From NCBI GenBank assembly GCA_029288725.1, contig JARIGS010000010.1, forward strand, positions 103,883 through 167,882: a stretch of DNA of 64,000 nucleotides. Reading direction: 5' to 3'. The notes below the pieces were generated by a model. It made no database searches. It was not told the origin of the DNA and saw only the letters and a list, made by a program, of their open reading frames with translations. A program made the position numbers and the translations under genes. Source of the stretch: Candidatus Nomurabacteria bacterium (GTDB lineage: Bacteria > Patescibacteriota > Minisyncoccia > Phycocordibacterales > UBA9973). Positions 20,178 to 29,642 of this stretch are shown one piece after another (position 1 is the stretch's first letter; each line of letters begins with the position of its first letter).

Positions 20178-21254
20178 TTATATTCCCTCTTTTTTCAATT
20201 CTTCAATAATGTCCTTGGCTTTCTTGGAAAGCTTTTCGGGAAGCGAGATGTTGAGCTTAATGATGAAGTTGCCACGCTTGTGCGAGCCGGTTGGCACGCC
20301 GTGCTGCTTCAGTACCACCGTATCACCAACCTTGGTGCCGGCCGGAATAATCACCGGTACGGTACCGTCGAGGGTTTCAACAGCATATTCAGCGCCGAGC
20401 AATGCATCGGTGAGCTTGATCGACAATGTTGAACTGAGGTCATTGTGCTGACGAGTAATGGTCTTGTGCGGCGTAACAGAAATGTGCACATAAAGATCGC
20501 CGGACTGGCCACCCTTGATTGCTTCTCCCATGCCTTGAAGACGCAAAGTCTCACCATGCTGAATGCCTGCCGGTACAGAGACTTTGATGGTACGAGCCTC
20601 ATTAACGATACCCTTACCCTTACAGGTCGTGCAGGCTTCCTTGGGAATCTTGCCCGTGCCATCACACTTATTACAAGTTTGCGTCGTTGCAATAGAGCCT
20701 AAGATAGTACGCTGAATACTTTTTACTACCCCACTGCCATTACATTGGGTACAGGTATGAAGTTCGGTACCTGGCTTCGCGCCGTTGCCCTTACAAGTCG
20801 TACATGTTGAAGGCTTGGTAATGCGGATTTCCTTTTCTACACCAAAGACCGCCTCCTTGAAATCAAGAGTGATGCTAGTCTGCAGGTCAGCCCCGCGACG
20901 ATTACGCTTGCGACTTCCACCGCCAAACATCTCACCAAAAATGTCACCCATGTCGAAACCGAATTCCTGACCACCCTGGGTGAATTGAGAGAAATCAAAA
21001 CCGTCAAAACCACCGCCAGGCTGACCTTGCCCGCCGTAGCCTTGTGCGAAGGAGGGACCAAACTGATCGTACTGGCTTCTTTTCTTGTCATCAGACAACA
21101 CCTGATAGGCCTCGTTCACTTCCTTGAACTTCTTGTCATCACCGCCATTTTTGTCCGGGTGATGCTTATGAGCAAGCTTGTGAAAAGCCTTCTTGATTTC
21201 ATCCTTTGACGCACCTTTTGACACGCCCAAAATGTCGTAATAGTCCTTGTTCAT
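20178..21254 (-). CDS. dnaJ: Chaperone DnaJ
   Basis: J-domain HPD, G/F-rich region, four CxxCxGxG repeats. Confidence 0.97.
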   Translation of the reverse strand: MNKDYYDILGVSKGASKDEIKKAFHKLAHKHHPDKNGGDDKKFKEVNEAYQVLSDDKKRSQYDQFGPSFAQGYGGQGQPGGGFDGFDFSQFTQGGQEFGFDMGDIFGEMFGGGSRKRNRRGADLQTSITLDFKEAVFGVEKEIRITKPSTCTTCKGNGAKPGTELHTCTQCNGSGVVKSIQRTILGSIATTQTCNKCDGTGKIPKEACTTCKGKGIVNEARTIKVSVPAGIQHGETLRLQGMGEAIKGGQSGDLYVHISVTPHKTITRQHNDLSSTLSIKLTDALLGAEYAVETLDGTVPVIIPAGTKVGDTVVLKQHGVPTGSHKRGNFIIKLNISLPEKLSKKAKDIIEELKKEGI

Positions 21255-21272
21255 ATATGTATTATAGCACAA

Positions 21273-21298
21273 AAAATGCCCTTTTGAAAGGGCATTTT
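21273..21298. terminator. Intrinsic terminator after Mur-ligase-like gene
   Basis: aaaatgcccttt-tg-aaagggcatttt. Confidence 0.75.
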
Positions 21299-21303
21299 AC
21301 TAA

Positions 21304-22659
21304 TTAGGGAAAGAGCAAATAAAACTGATCTACGTCCTTAAACAATCTAAAATAAGTACCGTAATGAATCACGATAAAATCGTGCACTGTATCGCTCACA
21401 TCAATTTCATTAACAAAAACTACTGGGGCAAGCTGGTAGAGTTTTACCAGAGCCATATTATGTTCACTGGCAATCACCCTGACTTCAGAAAATAACGAAA
21501 AAACATTGTTAAATTCATCAACCTGAAGCATTACATTTTCCTCTCCAAAATTAATATGCGCAATGAACAAAATACTATTTTTATAGGTATTTTCAGCAAG
21601 GGCTTTGAGACGAGCACTGATAGTAACATCTGCATCAAACAATACTCTCCTGTTTTTATACTCAATCCATTTTATCCGATTTTCCTCTGGGGAGAATTCA
21701 GAAATTATCCTTCCAACATCGCCGGCGTCAATTCGTAAAGCTTCAGCAACAAGGCATGTTGCGAGGACTTGCTGCAAAAATAAAACGGTTTTTATATAAG
21801 CAGTAATTGTTACTCTTTCGTTATTACAAGATATGGTTACAGTATCTTTTTTGTTTCCATAGACATAACAGTTTGCACTTTTATCATGAAGCGAAAAAGT
21901 CATGGACGTGTTCCTTGCAGCGCTCATTACCAATGGGTCATCAGCATTTAAAATACTGCTAGTGGCGCTTTTAGTTAAGGCTTGCTTTGAAAGCACAATA
22001 TCTTCAAGAGTATCAATGCCACGAACTCCAAGGTGCATCTTTTCGACATTGAGAAAAATTGCATAATCCGGCGAAAGTATTTCGGCCAATACTGCAATGT
22101 GGTGCGGCCGGTACATTGAGTATTCCAGGACGATCACCTCGTCATCTGTTTCAATGAAATTAATAATCCATGAAGAAAGCGTCAACGGCGTAAGCCTTTT
22201 TGAATAAATACGTTTAGTTTTATATTTTGCTTTTACCACATCTTCTATCATTCCAGCAGTGGTGGTTTTTCCCACGCTTCCTGTAACTCCCACAACAAGG
22301 GGTTGTGAACAGCTAAGTACATAGGATTTGATAGTTTCAATGGCTTTGAAAATATTCTCAACATAAATATATCGTAAGTCCACCCTTTCATTTTCTGGAA
22401 CTCTCTTATCAAGAAGAAAATAATAATTCTGTTTTGTTTTTAACGAGGCAATATTTTTACTCCTGTCAAAAGGATTAATATACCAACCTTCTTTCTCGGG
22501 ATTATCCTCGTACACTACAAAATATAGTACGTTGCCATCTTGATTTTCAAACTCCTTGAGGTGAGCAACGTTCAGTATGCTAAATTCCTCATCACCGTTA
22601 AAACCGTGAAATTGCGCATCGATAAGAATCTTCTGCAACAACGGTATGTCAATTTTCAA
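21304..22659 (-). CDS. Divergent Mur-ligase (MurF-like) family protein
   Basis: VVGVTGSVGKTTT P-loop, VLE, LNADDP; atypical N- and C-termini; AT-rich. Confidence 0.75.
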   Translation of the reverse strand: MKIDIPLLQKILIDAQFHGFNGDEEFSILNVAHLKEFENQDGNVLYFVVYEDNPEKEGWYINPFDRSKNIASLKTKQNYYFLLDKRVPENERVDLRYIYVENIFKAIETIKSYVLSCSQPLVVGVTGSVGKTTTAGMIEDVVKAKYKTKRIYSKRLTPLTLSSWIINFIETDDEVIVLEYSMYRPHHIAVLAEILSPDYAIFLNVEKMHLGVRGIDTLEDIVLSKQALTKSATSSILNADDPLVMSAARNTSMTFSLHDKSANCYVYGNKKDTVTISCNNERVTITAYIKTVLFLQQVLATCLVAEALRIDAGDVGRIISEFSPEENRIKWIEYKNRRVLFDADVTISARLKALAENTYKNSILFIAHINFGEENVMLQVDEFNNVFSLFSEVRVIASEHNMALVKLYQLAPVVFVNEIDVSDTVHDFIVIHYGTYFRLFKDVDQFYLLFP

Positions 22660-23377
22660 TTGGCCCTCCTTTTTTAAGAATGAGCGAGATTAGTTGTTTG
22701 GTATGCGAGTTGGCAATATCATGACTTCCCTCCGGAATAATTTCAAGCGTATGCTTTACGTTAGCCTCCTTAATGATGTCTTGAACAAGTAGTGGTGGAG
22801 TAGCCGTATCTTTTTCTCCGTAGATAAGTGTAATCGGTTGCTGTAGAGCCTTGAGCTCGTTGCGAAGATCAATAGTAACAATATTACGGTACGTATCTCT
22901 CATTACTGGAGTAGCGGTCGTGTAATAAGGATTTTTCTTAACTACTGCAAGGTACCAATAGCGCAACCATGCCACAGCCTTTTTGGGGAGTATCCTCTTG
23001 AAAAAATGCTGGGCTGTAGTTGGACTTGTTTCAGCATACTGTCGAATAATTGCAGGAGAAACAAGAATAGTTTCAACATTTTTGTTATCAGTGCGATATT
23101 TCCAATGAAGTGCTATAGCCCCGCCGAATGAGTACCCGAGAATAACATCTGGCTTTTCCTGATTAATGACCTTATCCACATACGAAACAAAATCATCGAG
23201 TAGCCAAGGGCGCTGTGGATCGGGAGTACCACAAAATCCGGGAAGATTTATTTTTACAACATCAAAATGTTGTTGTAACGAGGAAACAAACGATGTACGA
23301 TTTGCCCATGCATCGGTGCATTTTGTCGTAGTGTAGTTGGTATAGTTCCAACCATGAATAAGAAGGATTTTTTTCAT
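22649..23377 (-). CDS. Alpha/beta hydrolase
   Basis: LIHGW, LPGF, GYSFGG nucleophile elbow, GEKD, C-terminal His. Confidence 0.88.
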   Translation of the reverse strand: MKKILLIHGWNYTNYTTTKCTDAWANRTSFVSSLQQHFDVVKINLPGFCGTPDPQRPWLLDDFVSYVDKVINQEKPDVILGYSFGGAIALHWKYRTDNKNVETILVSPAIIRQYAETSPTTAQHFFKRILPKKAVAWLRYWYLAVVKKNPYYTTATPVMRDTYRNIVTIDLRNELKALQQPITLIYGEKDTATPPLLVQDIIKEANVKHTLEIIPEGSHDIANSHTKQLISLILKKGGPIEN

Positions 23378-23449
23378 ATGGTACTTATTTTAAATGTTTT
23401 TAAAGAATTTTGTTGTTTTTATTTCTATAACACATTTTTTACAAATAGT

Positions 23450-23480
23450 CAAAAACCCCTTCATAATGAAGGGGTTTTTG
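23450..23480. terminator. Intrinsic terminator after 25-aa basic ORF
   Basis: caaaaaccccttcat-a-atgaaggggtttttg. Confidence 0.8.
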
Positions 23481-23483
23481 GTA

Positions 23484-23561
23484 TTAGCGGTGACGGAGAG
23501 AAACTGTCTTCCCTTCTGCCTTGCGCTTCTTTTTAGCTGCAACTTTTCGTTTCTTGTTCAT
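23484..23561 (-). CDS. 25-aa highly basic microprotein (not in ORF track)
   Basis: MNKKRKVAAKKKRKAEGKTVSLRHR*; TGCTATAGT extended -10 9 nt upstream; terminator 3 nt after stop. Confidence 0.65.
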   Translation of the reverse strand: MNKKRKVAAKKKRKAEGKTVSLRHR

Positions 23562-23583
23562 AGTCTAAACACTATAGCACAAC

Positions 23584-23611
23584 ACAAAGACCCCGGCTAG
23601 GGGGTCTTTGT
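23584..23611. terminator. dnaK terminator
   Basis: acaaagacccc-ggctag-ggggtctttgt. Confidence 0.75.
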
Positions 23612-23652
23612 AGTCCACTATTGGGTTAGGTACCGAGCACCTAACAAGCTTA

Positions 23653-25557
23653 TTATGCAGCTTCGGTAGTATCCTCTGCCTGCGCATCCTTTGGGGCTGC
23701 GTCGGGTGCCGCTTCCCCTTCTGGAGCCGCACCGTCAGTAGGCTGAGCTTCGGCGTTAGCCTTGTTCATGTGCTCACCGATCTTTTGCATTTCGGTAGAA
23801 AGCTCATGCACCTTAGCTTCGATAACGGCCTTGTCACTGCCCTCCTTGGCAGAACGCAATTCGCCAATCTTGGCATTGATGCTGGTCTTGAGCTCTTCCG
23901 GTAGTGATGCGCCATGATCCTGCAACGACTTCTCTGCCGTAAAGATCGTCATGTCAGCAGTGTTCTTTACATCTGCCAATGCCTTCTTTTCCTCGTCTTC
24001 CTTGGCATGGAGTTCTGCATCCTTCTTCATGCGTTCGATATCGTCAGGAGTAAGACCACTTGATGCTTCGATACGAATAGACTGTTCCTTGCCAGAAGCC
24101 TTATCTTTAGCTTTCACATTCAGGATACCGTTGGCATCAACATCAAAGGTCACTTCGATCTGCGGAATACCGCGTGGTGCTGGGGGAATGCCTTCAAGGT
24201 TGAAGTGTCCCAGTGACTTGTTATCAGCCGCCATTGGACGCTCACCCTGGACGATATGAATGTCCACTGAAGTCTGGTTATCAGAGGCCGTTGAAAATAC
24301 TTGGGTCTTTGATGATGGGATAGTGGTATTGCGTTCGATCAATTTGGTTGCGACATTACCCATGGTTTCAATACCGAGTGACAATGGGATGACATCAAGC
24401 AAGAGCACGTCCTTCACGTCACCCTGCAATACGCCGGCCTGTACAGCTGCACCAAGCGCTACCACTTCATCAGGGTTGATAGAGAGATTTGGCTCCTTAC
24501 CGAACAGCTTCTTCACTTCCTCAACAATTTTTGGCATACGGGTCTGACCACCAACAAGAATGACTTCATTGATGTCAGCAATTTTGAAGCCTGATGCATC
24601 GAGAGCACGCTTGGTAATCTCAATAGATGAGGTCACAAATTCATCGGCCAAACTTTCGAGCTGGGCACGGCTAAGCTTCAAGAGCAAGTGCTGAGGGCCG
24701 GCATCAGTTGAGGTGATGAACGGGATGTTGATTTCGGTTTCGGTCGTCGTAGAGAGTTCGATCTTGGCCTTTTCCGCCGCTTCATCGAGACGCTGCAATG
24801 CCAATGGATCGCCCATGACATCGATGCCTGACTGCTTTTTGAATTCACCGGCAATCCAGTTCATGATCTTGAGGTCGATATCACGACCACCCATCATGGA
24901 GTCACCGTCGGTAGATTTCACTTCGATCACGTCATCTGACACTTCAAGCACGGACACATCGAATGTACCGCCACCAAGGTCAAAGATCACGATCTTCTCA
25001 TCCTTCTTGTTATTCAAACCATACGCAAGCGCAGCTGCAGTTGGTTCGTTGATGATGCGCTTGACATCGAGACCGGCGATCGCACCGGCGTCCTTGGTCG
25101 CCTTACGCTGTGCATCATCGAAGTATGCAGGAACGGTAATGATCGCTTCAGTCACTTTCTCACCGATCTTTGCTTCAACGTCTGCCTTGATCTTCTGAAG
25201 AATCATCGCTGACACTTCTTCAGGACGATAGTCTTTGTCACCAAGCTTTACCAATACGCCACCATCTGGGCCTTTTGAGACCTGAAATGGAGAGGTCTTG
25301 ATGACCTTGTCCATGCCATGGTCATCATACTTGTGGCCCATGAAGCGCTTGATACCGTAGATGGTATTTTGCGGATTGGTCACGGCCTGACGCTTTGCCA
25401 AGAGGCCGACCAAAATGTCACCGTTTTTTGAAAGCGCGACAATAGACGGTGTCGTGCGTGCACCTTCGATATTTTCTATGATTTTCGGCTGACCACCTTC
25501 GATGATGGCTACCGCTGAGTTCGTTGTTCCAAGGTCAATTCCAATGATTTTTGCCAT
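23653..25557 (-). CDS. dnaK: Chaperone DnaK
   Basis: [32 protein letters not shown]. Confidence 0.99.
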   Translation of the reverse strand: MAKIIGIDLGTTNSAVAIIEGGQPKIIENIEGARTTPSIVALSKNGDILVGLLAKRQAVTNPQNTIYGIKRFMGHKYDDHGMDKVIKTSPFQVSKGPDGGVLVKLGDKDYRPEEVSAMILQKIKADVEAKIGEKVTEAIITVPAYFDDAQRKATKDAGAIAGLDVKRIINEPTAAALAYGLNNKKDEKIVIFDLGGGTFDVSVLEVSDDVIEVKSTDGDSMMGGRDIDLKIMNWIAGEFKKQSGIDVMGDPLALQRLDEAAEKAKIELSTTTETEINIPFITSTDAGPQHLLLKLSRAQLESLADEFVTSSIEITKRALDASGFKIADINEVILVGGQTRMPKIVEEVKKLFGKEPNLSINPDEVVALGAAVQAGVLQGDVKDVLLLDVIPLSLGIETMGNVATKLIERNTTIPSSKTQVFSTASDNQTSVDIHIVQGERPMAADNKSLGHFNLEGIPPAPRGIPQIEVTFDVDANGILNVKAKDKASGKEQSIRIEASSGLTPDDIERMKKDAELHAKEDEEKKALADVKNTADMTIFTAEKSLQDHGASLPEELKTSINAKIGELRSAKEGSDKAVIEAKVHELSTEMQKIGEHMNKANAEAQPTDGAAPEGEAAPDAAPKDAQAEDTTEAA

Positions 25558-25600
25558 ACGTTAAAAAATTATTCTGTTATATTGATGTATTTCTACAATA

Positions 25601-25652
25601 ATTTCGTGACCACGAAATACATGTTGATAGTATAGCAATACTTTGATAGTAT
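25601..25652. promoter_or_regulatory. Candidate operator between divergent dnaK and PaaX-like gene
   Basis: Palindrome ATTTCGTG-ac-CACGAAAT (25601-25618); direct repeat TTGATAGTAT at 25624 and 25643. Confidence 0.45.
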
Positions 25653-25660
25653 GCAAGTAT

Positions 25661-26215
25661 ATGGAAAATATCTCAGCCTCCTCCACTAAAGCTACGGCGA
25701 GCCGAGGAAAAAGCTATTCTAAGAAAATATTGACCCTTTTGGCCGCAAAACCGGCAATTTCAGTATCTGAATTGACCGAAACCATTGGGGGTATTGGCAA
25801 GGAAAAGCATGCCCTCACCCGTTCCTTAAAGGGTCTACAAGAGGCAGGATTGATCGAAACTCATCATTCTGGGCAACAGGCCTACAGTCGCCTGACACGT
25901 GAAGGCAAGCGCAAGGCCCATAGTGCCAAGCTTGATCATGATACGGCAGTGCTCAATCCTTCCTGGGACGGCAAATGGCGCATTGTCCTTCTTGACCTAT
26001 CCGAAGACCGCAAGGCTGAACGTGATGGCCTCCGCTACCTGCTCAAAAAGGCCGGCTTTGTCTTGCTCAAAAATTCGGTCTGGATCTCTCCTTATCCACT
26101 TGAACACCTTTTCATGAACATCAAAAAAGACCTCGGCCTAACGACCGAGATCATGATTTTTGTCACTGACACCTTGGACGAAGAAACAAGGAAGGCGTTT
26201 CTTTCAATTGTTTGA
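25661..26215 (+). CDS. PaaX-like transcriptional regulator (wHTH plus Cas2-like ferredoxin domain)
   Basis: wHTH ending YSRLTREGK; WDGKWRIVLLD...LRYLLKKAGF..LKNSVWISPY. Confidence 0.8.
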   Translation: MENISASSTKATASRGKSYSKKILTLLAAKPAISVSELTETIGGIGKEKHALTRSLKGLQEAGLIETHHSGQQAYSRLTREGKRKAHSAKLDHDTAVLNPSWDGKWRIVLLDLSEDRKAERDGLRYLLKKAGFVLLKNSVWISPYPLEHLFMNIKKDLGLTTEIMIFVTDTLDEETRKAFLSIV

Positions 26216-26256
26216 CTTTTCCATCTCAAATGGTAATGTGCATAAAAATTACGCAC

Positions 26257-26790
26257 ATGGAAAAATTTAAGATTGTAGAAAAGTTCAAACTCTTTAACCA
26301 AACAGAGGCACATATACTAAATATGCCATTTGCTTTAAAAAGAGAGGAGGATGAATACCAAGATAGGTTAAGGCGTTTAAGCTCTTATCACGATGCACTT
26401 TTTAATGAGCCAGAGTGGCCAATATACGGATATTTACCTCCTTGTACTATAAATATTGCTATTTCAATTGAGGATTATACCGGTCTTGAGGCAGTATCAC
26501 TTATGAAAAACTCCGGCGGTTTTCCTTTAACAAGAGACAACCTTTTTATGCTGCCTTTTTTCTTTAAGGAAAAAGTAAGGCCTTTTAAGGCAATATATGC
26601 CTTTATGGACGAAGAGTACCTACCTACTCATGAAAATGGGAAAAAGATTGTTCCATGGATTAAAATCGAAGAACATCGTAATCAGGATCTTGATTACGAT
26701 TGGTATTTTTTCCATAACACCTTTCGGGCTGGAGAACATTTTGCCTTCTTTTCATTTAACTACCCTGAATTAAAAAAGCCTCATAAATGA
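26257..26790 (+). CDS. Hypothetical protein (AT-rich orphan)
   Basis: 177-aa ORF; TTGACT-16-TAATGT promoter; terminator at stop. Confidence 0.6.
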   Translation: MEKFKIVEKFKLFNQTEAHILNMPFALKREEDEYQDRLRRLSSYHDALFNEPEWPIYGYLPPCTINIAISIEDYTGLEAVSLMKNSGGFPLTRDNLFMLPFFFKEKVRPFKAIYAFMDEEYLPTHENGKKIVPWIKIEEHRNQDLDYDWYFFHNTFRAGEHFAFFSFNYPELKKPHK

Positions 26791-26799
26791 GGCTTTTTA
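26772..26799. terminator. Bidirectional terminator
   Basis: aaaaagcctcat-aa-atgaggcttttt between convergent genes. Confidence 0.75.
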
Positions 26800-26814
26800 T
26801 GTTACTTAGCTACC

Positions 26815-27006
26815 CTACTCCTTACTCCAGAAAAACGCTGCGACAATACCAACGATAAGGCCGATGATTGCCAAGAGCAATGCATATGGCATGAAAATGT
26901 TTGACCAGTAGGCGCCGATAGAAATACCAATAAGAAAAGTAGACCACTTGATCAAACCAGTTTCCCAAAAAGGCATTTTACGTGTTTTGAATATGTTCAT
27001 GCTCAT
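26815..27006 (-). CDS. Small two-TM membrane protein (63 aa)
   Basis: MSMNIFKTRKMPFWETGLIKWS...GISIGAYW; starts 1 nt after grpE stop. Confidence 0.6.
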   Translation of the reverse strand: MSMNIFKTRKMPFWETGLIKWSTFLIGISIGAYWSNIFMPYALLLAIIGLIVGIVAAFFWSKE

Positions 27007-27007
27007 A

Positions 27008-27601
27008 TTATACCGCTTTGTAAACTGAGACGCGTGCCGCACGAAGGACGTTGTCTCCAAGCTTATAGCCCTGCTGTAGTACTGCTGAAACAGTATGGCC
27101 CTTAGCTGCATCATCGGTATCGGTTTCTGACACTGCCTCATGGAGCAATGGATCAAATGGTTCACCGACAGTACCAAAGACAGCAAAGCCGCGATCCTTC
27201 AGAACGGTCATCATTTGCTGATAGATGTACTCTACGCCGGTGCGCCAAGTCGCATCTACCTTTTCCCATGCTTCCTTGTTACTCATTGCCATAGCAAAGC
27301 TATCGATCACCGGGAGCAAATCCTCAATGAAGTTCTCCTCGATCAATCCGCGCATGCGCTTGCGATCTTCATCGGTCGTCTTTTGCAGGTTTACATAGTC
27401 AGCCCGAGAACGCTGCCACCCATCAAGATATTCCTGCTTTTCCTTTTCCAGTGCCTTGATCTTCTCACGCAATTCCTTCATTTTCTGGCCACTACCAAGC
27501 TCCGCGCCTTCCTCATCGCTGGCGACAAATTCCACATCCTGATCTTCATTTGTTCCCGGCTCCAATTCTTCCGGATATACCACTACATCTTCGTCATTCA
27601 T
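27008..27601 (-). CDS. grpE: Nucleotide exchange factor GrpE
   Basis: RSRADYVN, LLPVIDSF, FDPLLHEAV, QQGYKL, RAARV. Confidence 0.96.
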   Translation of the reverse strand: MNDEDVVVYPEELEPGTNEDQDVEFVASDEEGAELGSGQKMKELREKIKALEKEKQEYLDGWQRSRADYVNLQKTTDEDRKRMRGLIEENFIEDLLPVIDSFAMAMSNKEAWEKVDATWRTGVEYIYQQMMTVLKDRGFAVFGTVGEPFDPLLHEAVSETDTDDAAKGHTVSAVLQQGYKLGDNVLRAARVSVYKAV

Positions 27602-27664
27602 GCCTTGATTATACAAAAAACTGGCAAATAAAAAAGCCCGATATAAAACCGAGCTTCTGAGATG

Positions 27665-28372
27665 TTAGGCAGATGGGGCAAAAACATTTGCCTTTACTGT
27701 ATCGAGCTTGTTGATACATTTTGCTGCATATCGCTTACTGAGCATTGCGGGGAGTATCATCAACACCACTACCCACCATTGAAAAACGAGCATGGCTGTA
27801 GTAGTAAGCTCTCCTCGAGATCTAAGGACAAGAAATACTATGATAAAAATAAGTCCGAAAATATTCTCCCACATAAGATAAAATGGGTAATTGCGATAAT
27901 CTTGTAGATCATGATACTGCATCCAATAATCAGGCTTATTCTTTCTTTTTTTCTTATAGGCAATTTTATAAATGATTGCAATGCCCCCATATCTCATCAA
28001 AAATGAAACGATGAAAACAAACGCATAGACACCGGCAAAACCATTAATATTGCTTCCCTCTTCCGTTCCCTGTAATTCAATGGTTTTCCAACCTGCGTGT
28101 GCATATGACAGAATAAAATTACTGTACGGCCTATGCCACCCTCCCCCTATAAAGGGCAGGATGGGCACACCTGAACAAGCAAGAGCGCCATTTTTTGTAA
28201 TCATTGCGGTCTCACCGGGGTGTTGCATTAGTACGAGTGCCGCATGATCATCAATGTCTTTCGGATGATGAGACAATGTAGCAAGGACATTCTTTGCAAT
28301 ATGAACACTGTCCTGTGACTGAGTGGTTACTGTAACCACGACAAGCATTAATAAGAATAGGGTCTTTTTCAT
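27665..28372 (-). CDS. Hypothetical membrane protein with signal peptide (AT-rich orphan)
   Basis: MKKTLFLLMLVVVTVTTQSQ signal; about three C-terminal TMs; TTGACA promoter. Confidence 0.65.
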   Translation of the reverse strand: MKKTLFLLMLVVVTVTTQSQDSVHIAKNVLATLSHHPKDIDDHAALVLMQHPGETAMITKNGALACSGVPILPFIGGGWHRPYSNFILSYAHAGWKTIELQGTEEGSNINGFAGVYAFVFIVSFLMRYGGIAIIYKIAYKKKRKNKPDYWMQYHDLQDYRNYPFYLMWENIFGLIFIIVFLVLRSRGELTTTAMLVFQWWVVVLMILPAMLSKRYAAKCINKLDTVKANVFAPSA

Positions 28373-28457
28373 TTGTATAGGGCTTTGAGTTTTTTTAAAT
28401 TTACTTTAAAAAAACTAAATGTCAATATGATAGGTACCGAGCACATAATACATGAAT

Positions 28458-28488
28458 AAAAAACACCGCGTCTGACGCGGTGTTTTTT
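28458..28488. terminator. Terminator of ribosomal protein operon
   Basis: aaaaaacaccgcgtc-t-gacgcggtgtttttt after rpsI. Confidence 0.85.
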
Positions 28489-28492
28489 GAGA

Positions 28493-28894
28493 TTAACGCT
28501 TTGACCACTGTGGGGCTTTGCGGGCCTTCTTGAGACCGAACTTGCGACGTTCCTTTGAGCGAGGATCACGCTTGAGGAATCCTTCCTGCTTGAGGGTGGT
28601 CTTGTCACCTTCGTCTTCCTTCACGAGGACACGAGAGATGCCGTGACGAACCGCTTCAGCCTGAGAGTGGATACCACTGCCTGAAACATGGACTGATACG
28701 GCGTATGCCTTGCCAGTAAGCTTGAATGGATCAGTGACGATCTTTTGCAATTCTTCCGTTGGGAAGTAGGTATCAAGCTCCTTGTCATTGATGACATAGC
28801 TTGGCTTTGCTGCCTCAGTGAGACGAACACGCGCTGTTGCAGTCTTGCGTCGTCCAATTGCTTCTACGTATTGTTTTTTCGTTGCTGCTGTCAT
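28493..28894 (-). CDS. rpsI: 30S ribosomal protein uS9
   Basis: GRRKTATARV, RDPRSKERRKFGLKKARKAPQWSKR. Confidence 0.98.
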   Translation of the reverse strand: MTAATKKQYVEAIGRRKTATARVRLTEAAKPSYVINDKELDTYFPTEELQKIVTDPFKLTGKAYAVSVHVSGSGIHSQAEAVRHGISRVLVKEDEGDKTTLKQEGFLKRDPRSKERRKFGLKKARKAPQWSKR

Positions 28895-28901
28895 AAAAAT
28901 A

Positions 28902-29246
28902 TTATTCGGTTACGGTAAGGGCCTTCATCATCCCCTTCTTAAGCTTGTTGTCAGGAAGCATACCCTTGATAGCGATTGTTACCGCTTCCTTATAGCCCTT
29001 TTTTTCAACCACGTGAGCAAGGCTCAATTCCTTCAAACCACCTGGGTAGCCTGAGTACCGAGTATAAAATTTCTCCTTCATTTTCTTTTCAGACACCTTC
29101 AACTTGCCGGCATTGATGACGGTCACGGTATTGCCTGAAAGCACATTCCGTGCGAAGTCAGTAGTGTTCTTGCCGATCAGCAAGGCTGCTGCTTCTGAAG
29201 CGAGACGGCCGAGTGACTTTTCTGTTGCATCAATAGTGTAGTTCAT
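28902..29246 (-). CDS. rplM: 50S ribosomal protein uL13 (short)
   Basis: IDA...LGRLAS, YSGYPGGLK, GMLP. Confidence 0.96.
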   Translation of the reverse strand: MNYTIDATEKSLGRLASEAAALLIGKNTTDFARNVLSGNTVTVINAGKLKVSEKKMKEKFYTRYSGYPGGLKELSLAHVVEKKGYKEAVTIAIKGMLPDNKLKKGMMKALTVTE

Positions 29247-29251
29247 AGTGA

Positions 29252-29608
29252 TTATTGTACGAATTCGATAATTGCCATTGGACTTGCATCGCCCTTGCGC
29301 GCAGCAAGCTTGACGATACGAGTGTAGCCACCTGGGCGTTCAGTGTAGCGAGGAGCGATGTCATTGATAAGCTTACTTACCACGAGCTCGTTGTTGTAAA
29401 AACCAGCAAGCAAAAGACGGCGTGAAGCGAGGGTAGGATTCTTGGCCTTAGTCACGAGTTTTTCAACATTTGGACGAAGTTCCTTGGCCTTTGCCTCGGT
29501 AGTCATGATGCGGCCATGCTGAATTAGCGAAGCTGCAAGGCCCTTGAGGAGTGCGTGGCGCTGATTTTTTGAGCGGCCGAATTTTCTGTTAGCATTGTGA
29601 TGTCGCAT
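29252..29608 (-). CDS. rplQ: 50S ribosomal protein bL17
   Basis: MRH...KFGR, TTEAKAKELR, RPGGYTRI. Confidence 0.97.
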   Translation of the reverse strand: MRHHNANRKFGRSKNQRHALLKGLAASLIQHGRIMTTEAKAKELRPNVEKLVTKAKNPTLASRRLLLAGFYNNELVVSKLINDIAPRYTERPGGYTRIVKLAARKGDASPMAIIEFVQ

Positions 29609-29642
29609 AATGTTTTACGTTAAGTCCCGTGAGTATAGCGCA

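Noticed and set aside
25661-26215. Possible CRISPR Cas2 gene
   Set aside because: The Cas2-like domain follows a wHTH as in PaaX; no cas1 or repeat-spacer array is visible in the window
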